Shown: piece after piece, positions 8,174 to 16,266 of the stretch | Layout: the number at the start of each line of letters is the position of its first letter | How positions within the stretch are numbered: position 1 is the first letter of the stretch | DNA from: Methanomassiliicoccales archaeon | Lineage (GTDB): Archaea; Thermoplasmatota; Thermoplasmata; SG8-5 | Direction of reading: 5' to 3' | Length of the DNA: 33,296 bases | Assembly: GCA_030636255.1 (NCBI GenBank) | Contig: DAOVXH010000001.1 | Span: forward strand, 1-33,296 | Position numbers and translations under genes: made by a program | The notes under the pieces: model-generated | Databases searched by the model: none | Told to the model about the DNA's origin: nothing | Seen by the model: the letters and a program-made list of their open reading frames with translations, nothing else

Positions 8174-9888
8174 TGACTGTTAATCCATTGGAGATGTTCA
8201 AAAGCCGGGCAATCGAGCTGGTGAATAATGCACTGGCTAGCCTTGATTTAAATGTTGAACTTCCTCTGGAAATACCCCCCGAGAACATGGGAGATTATGC
8301 GTTTCCATGCTTCATGCTGTCCAAAGAGATGAAAAAATCACCTGCAGACATTGCAAAGCAATTAAGCCAGGAGATTCCCGAAGATTTGACATTTTCAAGA
8401 ATAGAGGCAAGAGGCCCATACATCAATTTCTACATTAACCCGGAGATGCTGGTTCAAATTACCATTGAATCAATCATGGACAAGAGGGAAGAATATGGAA
8501 TGTGGCCTCAAACAGATGTCAAAATCAACCTGGAACATACCAGCGCCAATCCAAACGGGCCGCTGCATGTTGGTCGTGCCAGGAACCCGATATTGGGAGA
8601 CACCATTGCCAGGATACTGAGAAAATGCGGCCATGATGTTATCACAGAATTCTATGTTGATGACATGGGCAAGCAGCAGGTTACACTTACCTGGGGCGTG
8701 GAAAATCTCACCAGGGAGGGTGAAATTCCAGAGAAAATGGACCATGCCATGGTATGGTATTACCAGGAAGCCACAAAACAGATGGAAGAAAATCCTGATG
8801 TGCTTGAGCAAATCAATCAGATTGTTGCCAAGTACGAGGAAAAGGATGAGGAAATTTCAGCCAGGGTGAAAGAAAATTGCAAAAAGGTACTCAGTGGCAT
8901 GACAACATCCCTCAGGCGTCTGGACATTCATTTTGACAACTTTGCATGGGAATCAAAGTACATATTCAATGGCAGTGTGGACACGGTTGTGGAAGACCTG
9001 AAGAACCATGAATTTACAGATTACGAGGATTCTGCACTTTATCTGGACCTGGAGAAGGTTGGCATCACAGGCCAGGAAAATAAGCTCTACCTGACAAGAA
9101 GCGACGGTTCCAGCCTCTACACTACCAGGGATATTGCATATCATTTGGACAAGCTGGCTAATTATGACCTGGCTATTGACATTCTTGGAGAAGACCATAA
9201 ATTAAAAGCAAAGGTAGTGCAGCTAGCTGTAGGACTTCTTGGCCATGAGAAAGAAAAGATAGAGCCATTATTTTATTCATTTGTATCACTGCCAGAGGGA
9301 AAAATGTCTACCCGCAAGGGCCGTGTTGTAACCCTTGACGACCTCATTGATGAATCTGTTGGCAGAGCAAGAGAGGAAGTTGAAAAAAGAAGACCAGAAC
9401 TTGCCCAGGAATTACGCAGAGGCATTGCAGAGGCTGTTGGAACCGGCGCAATCCGGTACAATATAATTCGAGTCCAGGCAGAAAAGCAAATAGTCTTCAA
9501 ATGGGAAGAGGCACTGAGCTTTGAAGGAAATTCTGCTCCATTTGTGCAATACTCCCATGCAAGGGCCAGCAGCATCCTGCGAAAGACCTCGGTCATGGGA
9601 GAATATGAATTAAAATTAATAAAACATCCATCGGAAATCCAGCTTGTCAAGGCATTGGCCAGCTTCCCGGCATTGATTAAAGAATGCGGAAAGAACATGG
9701 AATGCCATCCAATGGCTGGCTATGCATTTGAGCTTGCTTCATTATTCAATCAATTTTACAGGGACTGCCCGGTTCTCCAGGCAGAAGAAGATGTAATGAA
9801 TGCCAGGCTGGCCCTTGTTACGGTGAGTCGGTATGTTATGTCCAATGTGCTGGATACTCTGGGATTGATTGCGCCTGAGGAAATGTGA
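8173..9888 (+). CDS. argS: arginine--tRNA ligase
   Basis: 571 aa. It has the class I HIGH-type motif HTSANPNGPLHVGRARN, the MSTRKG (KMSKS-equivalent) motif, and a DALR-type C-terminal anticodon-binding region. Its ATG overlaps the aRF1 TGA (TGATG). Confidence 0.95.
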   Translation: MTVNPLEMFKSRAIELVNNALASLDLNVELPLEIPPENMGDYAFPCFMLSKEMKKSPADIAKQLSQEIPEDLTFSRIEARGPYINFYINPEMLVQITIESIMDKREEYGMWPQTDVKINLEHTSANPNGPLHVGRARNPILGDTIARILRKCGHDVITEFYVDDMGKQQVTLTWGVENLTREGEIPEKMDHAMVWYYQEATKQMEENPDVLEQINQIVAKYEEKDEEISARVKENCKKVLSGMTTSLRRLDIHFDNFAWESKYIFNGSVDTVVEDLKNHEFTDYEDSALYLDLEKVGITGQENKLYLTRSDGSSLYTTRDIAYHLDKLANYDLAIDILGEDHKLKAKVVQLAVGLLGHEKEKIEPLFYSFVSLPEGKMSTRKGRVVTLDDLIDESVGRAREEVEKRRPELAQELRRGIAEAVGTGAIRYNIIRVQAEKQIVFKWEEALSFEGNSAPFVQYSHARASSILRKTSVMGEYELKLIKHPSEIQLVKALASFPALIKECGKNMECHPMAGYAFELASLFNQFYRDCPVLQAEEDVMNARLALVTVSRYVMSNVLDTLGLIAPEEM

Positions 9889-9938
9889 GAACAATAAAGC
9901 AGAGCTTATATGTCCTCATTCTGAAACGGTTATTGTTC
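9889..9938. repeat. 9-bp perfect inverted repeat GAACAATAA-N32-TTATTGTTC bridging two convergent gene ends (possible bidirectional terminator element)
   Basis: Read directly. The left arm starts one base after the argS stop. The right arm overlaps the stop codon of the minus-strand 182-aa ORF. The long loop makes a stable hairpin uncertain. Confidence 0.3.
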
Positions 9939-10485
9939 ACTCTTTCACAAAAGTCGTTCTGAGAGTTACTCCATTATTTGGCGTGAGAAAGCCAAGTGTA
10001 AGCGTGTCACCATCTATCTCATATTCGTATATTTGAGATTCTTCTGATAGGGTTTTATTGTTCCAGGTTATCTCGCCAGTGTCTGGATTGACTATTGGAT
10101 CCGGTATGGTTAAAATAGGATTATAATGATATGTAATTTCAATCTGATTATCATCTATGTATTCCCATGTCAAATCAACTCCAACGTCATAGATATCGGT
10201 ACTATTGCCAAGGGTGATTGTGCCGTCAGATTTAATCTCATAGTAATCACCTGTATCCGAGGTGTAAGTGTTATTAACACTACCATCCGGGTTCAATATC
10301 TCTGATTTTTCTACAATCCATTTCCCCTCCACACCAGGCCCTGACATGAGTATGAAGGCCATAATTAGAATAACAACAATTGTAATCGATACAATTCCAA
10401 TTATGATTCCATTTTTGCTCTTTGGCTTGGTCGGAGCTGGAGCATCTGGCACAGGTTCTGTTGAAATGTCTGTTTCATTGTTCAT
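9937..10485 (-). CDS. membrane-anchored extracytoplasmic protein, lipocalin-like beta-barrel pattern
   Basis: 182 aa. An N-terminal TM helix (IIIGIVSITIVVILIMAFILM) is followed by GKW...YYEIKSDGTITLG...WEYIDDNQIEI...YEYEIDGDTLTL, which resembles lipocalin-like/META-type small beta domains. GGTGGA lies upstream of the ATG. Confidence 0.6.
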   Translation of the reverse strand: MNNETDISTEPVPDAPAPTKPKSKNGIIIGIVSITIVVILIMAFILMSGPGVEGKWIVEKSEILNPDGSVNNTYTSDTGDYYEIKSDGTITLGNSTDIYDVGVDLTWEYIDDNQIEITYHYNPILTIPDPIVNPDTGEITWNNKTLSEESQIYEYEIDGDTLTLGFLTPNNGVTLRTTFVKE

Positions 10486-10542
10486 AATTCTCCACCTATG
10501 GCCATGTGAATGCGCAAGTTCTAATAAATAACTTGGGTTTTC

Positions 10543-11277
10543 TCATTTCACCCTGAAAAAACTTCTTGGCAAACGTTTTCCAATGCCCAGGAGCAAAACC
10601 CAGCGTGGTGGAAATTTGATTTTCATATGGCCTTTCAAAACCTTTTTTACAATATATTTTGCTGCTTTTTCTGGCTTCCAGGCACTTGGTATGGGTTTGT
10701 CTGTTTTCAGCATGGGGGTGTCCACCGGTCCCGGATAAATTAATGCGAATCTAATATTGTTCTTGTAATGCATGGCATCCAGGGATTCAAATGTATAGTT
10801 AAGTGCGGCTTTGCTGGAACCGTAGGCGGCAGAACCTGGCAGGGCAATAAATGACTGGAAAGATGAAGTTCCAACAAATGTTCCACCGCCATTTTTCTTC
10901 AATACTGGAACCCACTGGTCAATCCAGTTTATAACTCCGAAATAATTGGTTTCAAAAGTGCGTCTATGAAGTTCCAGGTTAAAATTTTCCTCTTCTTCAT
11001 CTCCGTCACCAGCATTCAGGTAAAACAATGATGGAAAAATGTTACTGGCTATTAGTTCTTTGGATGTGTTTTTTACTGAATCAAAATCGCTGACATCACA
11101 GACTTTGGGTATGAGTTTGTCCTGGCCCAAGGATTTAGCCAGGTTGTTTAATTCGTCACCACGGCGGGCAATGGCTATAACCTTCCAACCCCTGCCAACC
11201 ATCTCACAGGCTATGTGCTTTCCAATTCCAGAAGATGCTCCGGTCACAAGGCAATATTTGGGTATAGCCATATACAT
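10543..11277 (-). CDS. short-chain dehydrogenase/reductase (SDR)
   Basis: The TGASSGIGKH Rossmann motif, NAG, and the catalytic YGSSKAAL (YxxxK) are present. The start could be ATG 11277 or ATG 11271. Confidence 0.9.
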   Translation of the reverse strand: MYMAIPKYCLVTGASSGIGKHIACEMVGRGWKVIAIARRGDELNNLAKSLGQDKLIPKVCDVSDFDSVKNTSKELIASNIFPSLFYLNAGDGDEEEENFNLELHRRTFETNYFGVINWIDQWVPVLKKNGGGTFVGTSSFQSFIALPGSAAYGSSKAALNYTFESLDAMHYKNNIRFALIYPGPVDTPMLKTDKPIPSAWKPEKAAKYIVKKVLKGHMKIKFPPRWVLLLGIGKRLPRSFFRVK

Positions 11278-11299
11278 TGGGAACAGGGCACATCCTTAA

Positions 11300-12022
11300 C
11301 TATTTTTTGCTAATTACAGGGGGAGGCGGTGGCGGAGTGGGCATATCAGAGTTTAATCCATCTGGGAACAGTATTGGATAAATATCCCTGGAAAGCATCT
11401 CCATGTCCTTTCTGTACTTCAGGTAGCTTAGGAATATCAATAAGATTCCGATGATTGTCTGAAATCCAGATAAAATCAGAACTTCTGGTTCGTAAAGGGT
11501 GTTAATGAACGTGATACCAAGCAGCAACAGTATGATACCAATGATTATTATTGAGCCATAATATATCTGAAATATTTCCACAAGAGAGCGTTTCATCAGA
11601 GTGCTTCCCTCGGATAATTTGCTCTGAAAATCAATATACAATTGCATACGATTCCACCAGCTTTTCTTTCCCAGGGTGGTGTAGATGTATAGATAGACAA
11701 TCAGCAACAATGCCATGGCAATGGAAAGGTTCAGTGCACCACGGACAAGGTTTTGTGTGCTGTTGTAGGACTCAAATGATAAATACAGCTGGAAAACACC
11801 AATGGCAACAAGAATTCCAGATACCCCACAGATAGCACCCACTATTAGTTTCATGATGTTCAGGATAGACCTCTTGGACACTGCATCCACTCCTGGCATG
11901 TTCTTCATGGGATAACGGTATATTCTACAAGCATGACAGTACCAGTTGTTCATTTCTGAGTAATAAATCATTTCCTTGTGACACTTTGGGCAGCTCTCGG
12001 ACATATTGCACTCTCCAAGCAT
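11300..12022 (-). CDS. zinc-ribbon membrane protein with polyproline C-terminus (function unknown)
   Basis: 240 aa. An N-terminal CPKCHK...YCHACR zinc ribbon is followed by about four hydrophobic helices and a C-terminal PTPPPPPPV tail. Confidence 0.6.
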   Translation of the reverse strand: MLGECNMSESCPKCHKEMIYYSEMNNWYCHACRIYRYPMKNMPGVDAVSKRSILNIMKLIVGAICGVSGILVAIGVFQLYLSFESYNSTQNLVRGALNLSIAMALLLIVYLYIYTTLGKKSWWNRMQLYIDFQSKLSEGSTLMKRSLVEIFQIYYGSIIIIGIILLLLGITFINTLYEPEVLILSGFQTIIGILLIFLSYLKYRKDMEMLSRDIYPILFPDGLNSDMPTPPPPPPVISKK

Positions 12023-12056
12023 ATAATATGTTAAGATGATAAAATATTATGTATGA

Positions 12057-12521
12057 TTACAATATCAATTCATAGAATTTAATATCCTGGCCCCAGTAAT
12101 GTTCCTTGAAAAAACCAACTTCCTTGAACCCCATTGAGAGGTATAATTTAACTGCTTTTTCCAGTGCCGGGGTTGTGTCCAGCCAGACCTTGTTTGCGCC
12201 TCTTTCTTTTGCCAAATCTATAATAAACTGGGTGAGGGCTTTTCCAATGCCTTTTTTCTGGTAATCAGGATGCACAACCATCCTGTCCAGATGACATGTT
12301 CCGTGAGGGAACTGGCACCGAACAATGCCAATTATTTTGTTTTCTTCTCTGATAACAAAATAATCATTATTCTCCATATTAGTTGCAACCTGGCCAGCAT
12401 CTGGAATTCTATTGTCCATGAGGTCTGCTGGAAAATTTTCTCGATAGGGCGTCCATACGGTATTGTATAATTCTGAAATCTCCTGGGCATCCAGTTTTGT
12501 GGCTGGCTCTATTTCGCTCAT
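12057..12521 (-). CDS. GNAT family N-acetyltransferase
   Basis: The acetyl-CoA motif VHPDYQKKGIGKAL and a typical beta-strand pattern are present. I prefer ATG 12521 (MSEIEP...). The ORF also opens at TTG 12566, which overlaps the upstream stop as TTGA. Confidence 0.85.
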   Translation of the reverse strand: MSEIEPATKLDAQEISELYNTVWTPYRENFPADLMDNRIPDAGQVATNMENNDYFVIREENKIIGIVRCQFPHGTCHLDRMVVHPDYQKKGIGKALTQFIIDLAKERGANKVWLDTTPALEKAVKLYLSMGFKEVGFFKEHYWGQDIKFYELIL

Positions 12522-12562
12522 TGTTACAGGAATGAATTGGGAATTAATATGATTTCCGCCAT

Positions 12563-13204
12563 TCAAAAATCAGCAATTATCACACCAACAAGTGGATGAA
12601 CTTTTTCAATCTGACATTTTGCTCCAAGCTTTTCCAGATTATCAATTAATAATTCCACAGGGGCTGGAAAGTCAGTTTCTCCGCCATCATAGCCAGCCTT
12701 GTCAAAATCAGCAGTATGATTTTTCGGATTCTCAAAGAACATTAGGTCTCCAAGTACAAGTCTTCCCTGGTTCTGCAAAATTTCTGCCAGGTTTTTTATA
12801 GCAGCAGGTTTCATTTTATCAGGAAGATGATGCAAAGAATAGGTAGCCAGTATCTTTGTTATACCCTGTGAGGTAATATCCAGTTCTTCGGAAGGATTCT
12901 CAAATGAGCCCATTGCAAATGTAATATTTTTCAATGCCAGTTCTGAAGCCCTGGCCCTTGCGGTTTCCAGGCTTATCTGGCTTATGTCCATTCCAATTAC
13001 CCGAGAACAATATTTTGCAGCCTTGATGGCATTGTTTCCGTTTCCAGTTCCAATGTCCAGAAGAATATCTGTGGGAGATAATTCCAGACTATCAAGAGAT
13101 AATTGACTCACCCTGTCATGAATTGGGTCGCTGGCCCTGGCTGGACTATTCCAATTCTTCTCATCAAACATTTTGGCGACATTTTCCCGGTCATACTCTT
13201 GCAT
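12563..13204 (-). CDS. class I SAM-dependent methyltransferase
   Basis: Motif I LLDIGTGNGNNA and the post-I acidic residue (GMDIS) are present. I prefer ATG 13204 (MQEYDREN...), because the 13285 start would overlap the upstream 1027-aa gene by about 60 nt. Confidence 0.85.
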   Translation of the reverse strand: MQEYDRENVAKMFDEKNWNSPARASDPIHDRVSQLSLDSLELSPTDILLDIGTGNGNNAIKAAKYCSRVIGMDISQISLETARARASELALKNITFAMGSFENPSEELDITSQGITKILATYSLHHLPDKMKPAAIKNLAEILQNQGRLVLGDLMFFENPKNHTADFDKAGYDGGETDFPAPVELLIDNLEKLGAKCQIEKVHPLVGVIIADF

Positions 13205-13223
13205 ATTCAAAGGGTATTCAGCA

Positions 13224-16200
13224 TCAATCCTTGAACTTTTCCATATTATGATTGTACTGGGCTTCAGACAGACGACCTTCATCAAATGCTTTTTGAATTC
13301 TCACCCTGGCTGCTTCTTTATCAATTCCCGGGGAAGATTCTTGAACTGGCTCTGCTGGTTCCTTCATGGGTTTTTCTTCTTCTGGCAATTCATCCTTCTT
13401 CTTGGGTTTACCGGGCTTTTCCCTGCTGGTCAATACAATCACAAGTGCTGCAATAGCAATTCCAGATAACAGTACCACGTCAATCCATTTTGGTCGAGTG
13501 TCAGTTTCTATTTCAGAGGTATGGCCGCCGTCATCAACTGGACTCAGTTCAATCTCATAAAATTCTGTGATATTTTCATTACCATATACATCTGTAGCTA
13601 TTATTCTGTAATGGAAGTCTGTGTGGTCCAGTCCCACAGGGTATGCCTCTGCGGTGTAGGTATTGCCATCAGTATTGTTCATGTCAATGATGAAGTATGG
13701 AGAACAGGCCTGGGGCGTGCATGAAAAGTATGACATCTGTACTGATTCTATTTCACTGGTATCGCCCACCATAATCTCGATGCTTATCTGCTGGTCTGCA
13801 TCTGGGTGGTCTGGAGCATATGTTGGATTGATTATCTGCGGTGGCGCAATGTCATCCTTTACATCGACCTCAACAGTGGAATATGTTTGTATTGTAAGGT
13901 CAGAAACATCAATGGCATGAACCTTGAATTTGTCTGTCTGGCCGTTCCATGTGATGTTTCCGGTAACTGCCAGGTCGAAGCTTGTGCTGGACTCTGCAGG
14001 AATGGAAAGCGAGATCTGGGAAAACTCTGTGTCCCAGTTTGATGGGGCATCCACAGAAAGATTGACTGTAACCTGGAAATACATGTAATTGTGAAGAGTG
14101 AATTCAAATTCTGCCGTGCTATTTGGCAATGCGGATTTTTCTGGTTCCTGGGCAATCATGTAAAGCTCATCTTCACCTTCTGGAACAATCATGAAACTGT
14201 TTACCTGAACACCATTCTGCCAGGCAACTACTACTAGGCCAATATTTCCAAGCCGTAAATCATTGAACTGAACTGCTGAGGTATTGGTCCATGAGCTTTC
14301 AATATCAAGTGTCTCGCCTGCTGGAACAGTGTATGTGTCGTTTACAAGGATGTCAATAAAAGCGTTTGGTATCGGATGGCCCTGATAATTAAGCCAGCGT
14401 GATGATTTCTCCACAAGGAATGCTTCCACAAGAATTGTTTCATCAGAATCTCCGTGATTGCCAATTGATACAACTGTGCCCAGTATTCTTGAAAGGTCAG
14501 TAAACTGGCCTCCGAATGTCAAATTCAAATCTGCCATACTTGTTGATTTAATTTCTGTCAGGTATTCATTGTATGCTGATGAAGCACTGGATGCGCCAAT
14601 TATCTCCCCTGGACCCCCGGCAAACACTGCCCAGGGGTGACCAATATCACCATCTATATTCAGCTTATTCGCCAGAGTCTCCTCTCTGTAAGACGCATAC
14701 TGGCCAGATAGGCCCGGAGCATCTGTTACAAAGGTTGCAAAAGAAGTTTCTCCCTCCTTTTCAAGATCTACAAGGGCATCCTCACTCTTATTGCAATTGA
14801 CACATCCCAGATCAACATAAAGTTCAGTGAACACTAGCTTGTCTGATGGCACAATTGGACCTATTGGGCTGTCAGTTATAACATGCCTAGCTAATGCATC
14901 TGCAAGTGATGTGTTAAGGTTCTCTCGCTTGCTGGCTCCCTGGTCTGCCGATGAACCATACTGGGTATTGTAGATTATTTCCGGTTCAGTACCGTTCATT
15001 TCCACGATTATGGTTGTGAACATTGGCACTCCAAATCGTGAGTCAGGGGAACCAGCAAAGTCATAGACATCGTAACTTGCGTCTTCCTCTGCTGTTGCAT
15101 GGTCCAGGTTGATGTGGACGAACTCAATTTCATTGCCATATTCCTCTTCCAGAATGGCAATATGCGGCTCCATCTCATCGCAACCTGAACACACATCAGT
15201 ACGATAATGCAAGAATACTGGTTGGGTTGGAAGGACTTCTGTTACTAAGGTAGGTTGCGTCCCTTCAGAAGAGCGCCATTCATTCACAACATTTGGGTCA
15301 AGGGCCAGACAGCCAAGGCAAGGTATGGCGTTTATCTCGTCAGTTCGGTCATATCCGCCCATCATGACTCCGGCAGTAAGCATTGACGCGCTTCCAAGAA
15401 GGAGAACTATCCAGATAACTGCCATTTTATTGTTCTTGAAAGGCATTATTCCTAATTTTAATGAGCCAAATTTACAGCTGGTAACACATCTGCCGCAGAG
15501 AATGCACTCCATGTCCTCTTTTGTGCCTACCTGCTTGATATCCATTGGACATGTAGCATCACAGACATTGCAACTCTTGCATGTGTCTTCATTGCGCCGC
15601 ACCCCAATGGCAGAGACCTTGTTCCAGGGAGCCAGGTATGCTCCAATAGGGCAGAGATACTTGCACCAGCCTCTTGTTACCAGAATAATTAGAATAGTGA
15701 AAAGAATCATTGATGTAAGCTTCACAGGGAAGCCGCTTCCAAACAGCCATTCGCTTGAATAAAATGTCAGGGTGGGAAGTGTGCCGGTTATTCCCCCAAT
15801 GGGGCATAATGCCGTGTAAAACAGCTCCTGAGAGAGAAATGCAGTGACAGGTACAGCCAGGAGCATTAGAAACTTCATGTGTTTCCATTTTGGATTCACA
15901 TTTGGTTTGAGCTTATTATCCACTTTTTTACTTATACCCAGTTTTCTTGATAAGTCCTGAAGTGCACCAATTGGACATGCCCAGCCACAGAACGCCCTGC
16001 CAAAAAGTACACCCATGAGGGACAGGAATCCAAAAAGGTAAAGCAGCATTGAGAGGCCTACCATGAAGGTTATCTGGATATCAATGAACCCATGCTCCAT
16101 TATGCCAAGAGGGCAAGAACCAACATCCCAGGGGCATGAATAGCAGAAGAAATAGGGATAGATGAGACCAGTGGTGGTTATGCCTGCCAGGCCCAGCAAG

Positions 16201-16253
16201 GTAATTGCCAGAAATGCAATCTGGGTTGTCCTTCTCAGTGTGGGGATTTTCAA
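13224..16253 (-). CDS. giant membrane protein: NapH/NosR/MauN-like polyferredoxin membrane module, two extracytoplasmic CxxC thioredoxin-fold domains, Ig-like domains, C-terminal TM and a SHOCT-like cytoplasmic tail
   Basis: CxxxCP(L/I)G-type motifs lie beside TM helices: CPWDVGSCPLG, FCGWACPIGALQD, LCPIGG, RGWCKYLCPIGA. Two ferredoxin motifs follow, CKSCNVCDATCP and CILCGRCVTSC, then a TM helix (MAVIWIVLLLGSASML). After that come CLGC (15309-15320), CSGC (15180-15191) and CVNC (14793-14804) in Trx-like contexts. The last TM helix is WIDVVLLSGIAIAALVIVLT. The start is uncertain: TTG 16253 is preceded by GAGG and lies just after the upstream stop, while the maximal ORF opens at TTG 16307. Confidence 0.8.
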   Translation of the reverse strand: MKIPTLRRTTQIAFLAITLLGLAGITTTGLIYPYFFCYSCPWDVGSCPLGIMEHGFIDIQITFMVGLSMLLYLFGFLSLMGVLFGRAFCGWACPIGALQDLSRKLGISKKVDNKLKPNVNPKWKHMKFLMLLAVPVTAFLSQELFYTALCPIGGITGTLPTLTFYSSEWLFGSGFPVKLTSMILFTILIILVTRGWCKYLCPIGAYLAPWNKVSAIGVRRNEDTCKSCNVCDATCPMDIKQVGTKEDMECILCGRCVTSCKFGSLKLGIMPFKNNKMAVIWIVLLLGSASMLTAGVMMGGYDRTDEINAIPCLGCLALDPNVVNEWRSSEGTQPTLVTEVLPTQPVFLHYRTDVCSGCDEMEPHIAILEEEYGNEIEFVHINLDHATAEEDASYDVYDFAGSPDSRFGVPMFTTIIVEMNGTEPEIIYNTQYGSSADQGASKRENLNTSLADALARHVITDSPIGPIVPSDKLVFTELYVDLGCVNCNKSEDALVDLEKEGETSFATFVTDAPGLSGQYASYREETLANKLNIDGDIGHPWAVFAGGPGEIIGASSASSAYNEYLTEIKSTSMADLNLTFGGQFTDLSRILGTVVSIGNHGDSDETILVEAFLVEKSSRWLNYQGHPIPNAFIDILVNDTYTVPAGETLDIESSWTNTSAVQFNDLRLGNIGLVVVAWQNGVQVNSFMIVPEGEDELYMIAQEPEKSALPNSTAEFEFTLHNYMYFQVTVNLSVDAPSNWDTEFSQISLSIPAESSTSFDLAVTGNITWNGQTDKFKVHAIDVSDLTIQTYSTVEVDVKDDIAPPQIINPTYAPDHPDADQQISIEIMVGDTSEIESVQMSYFSCTPQACSPYFIIDMNNTDGNTYTAEAYPVGLDHTDFHYRIIATDVYGNENITEFYEIELSPVDDGGHTSEIETDTRPKWIDVVLLSGIAIAALVIVLTSREKPGKPKKKDELPEEEKPMKEPAEPVQESSPGIDKEAARVRIQKAFDEGRLSEAQYNHNMEKFKD

Positions 16254-16266
16254 TTCAAGGCCTCGC

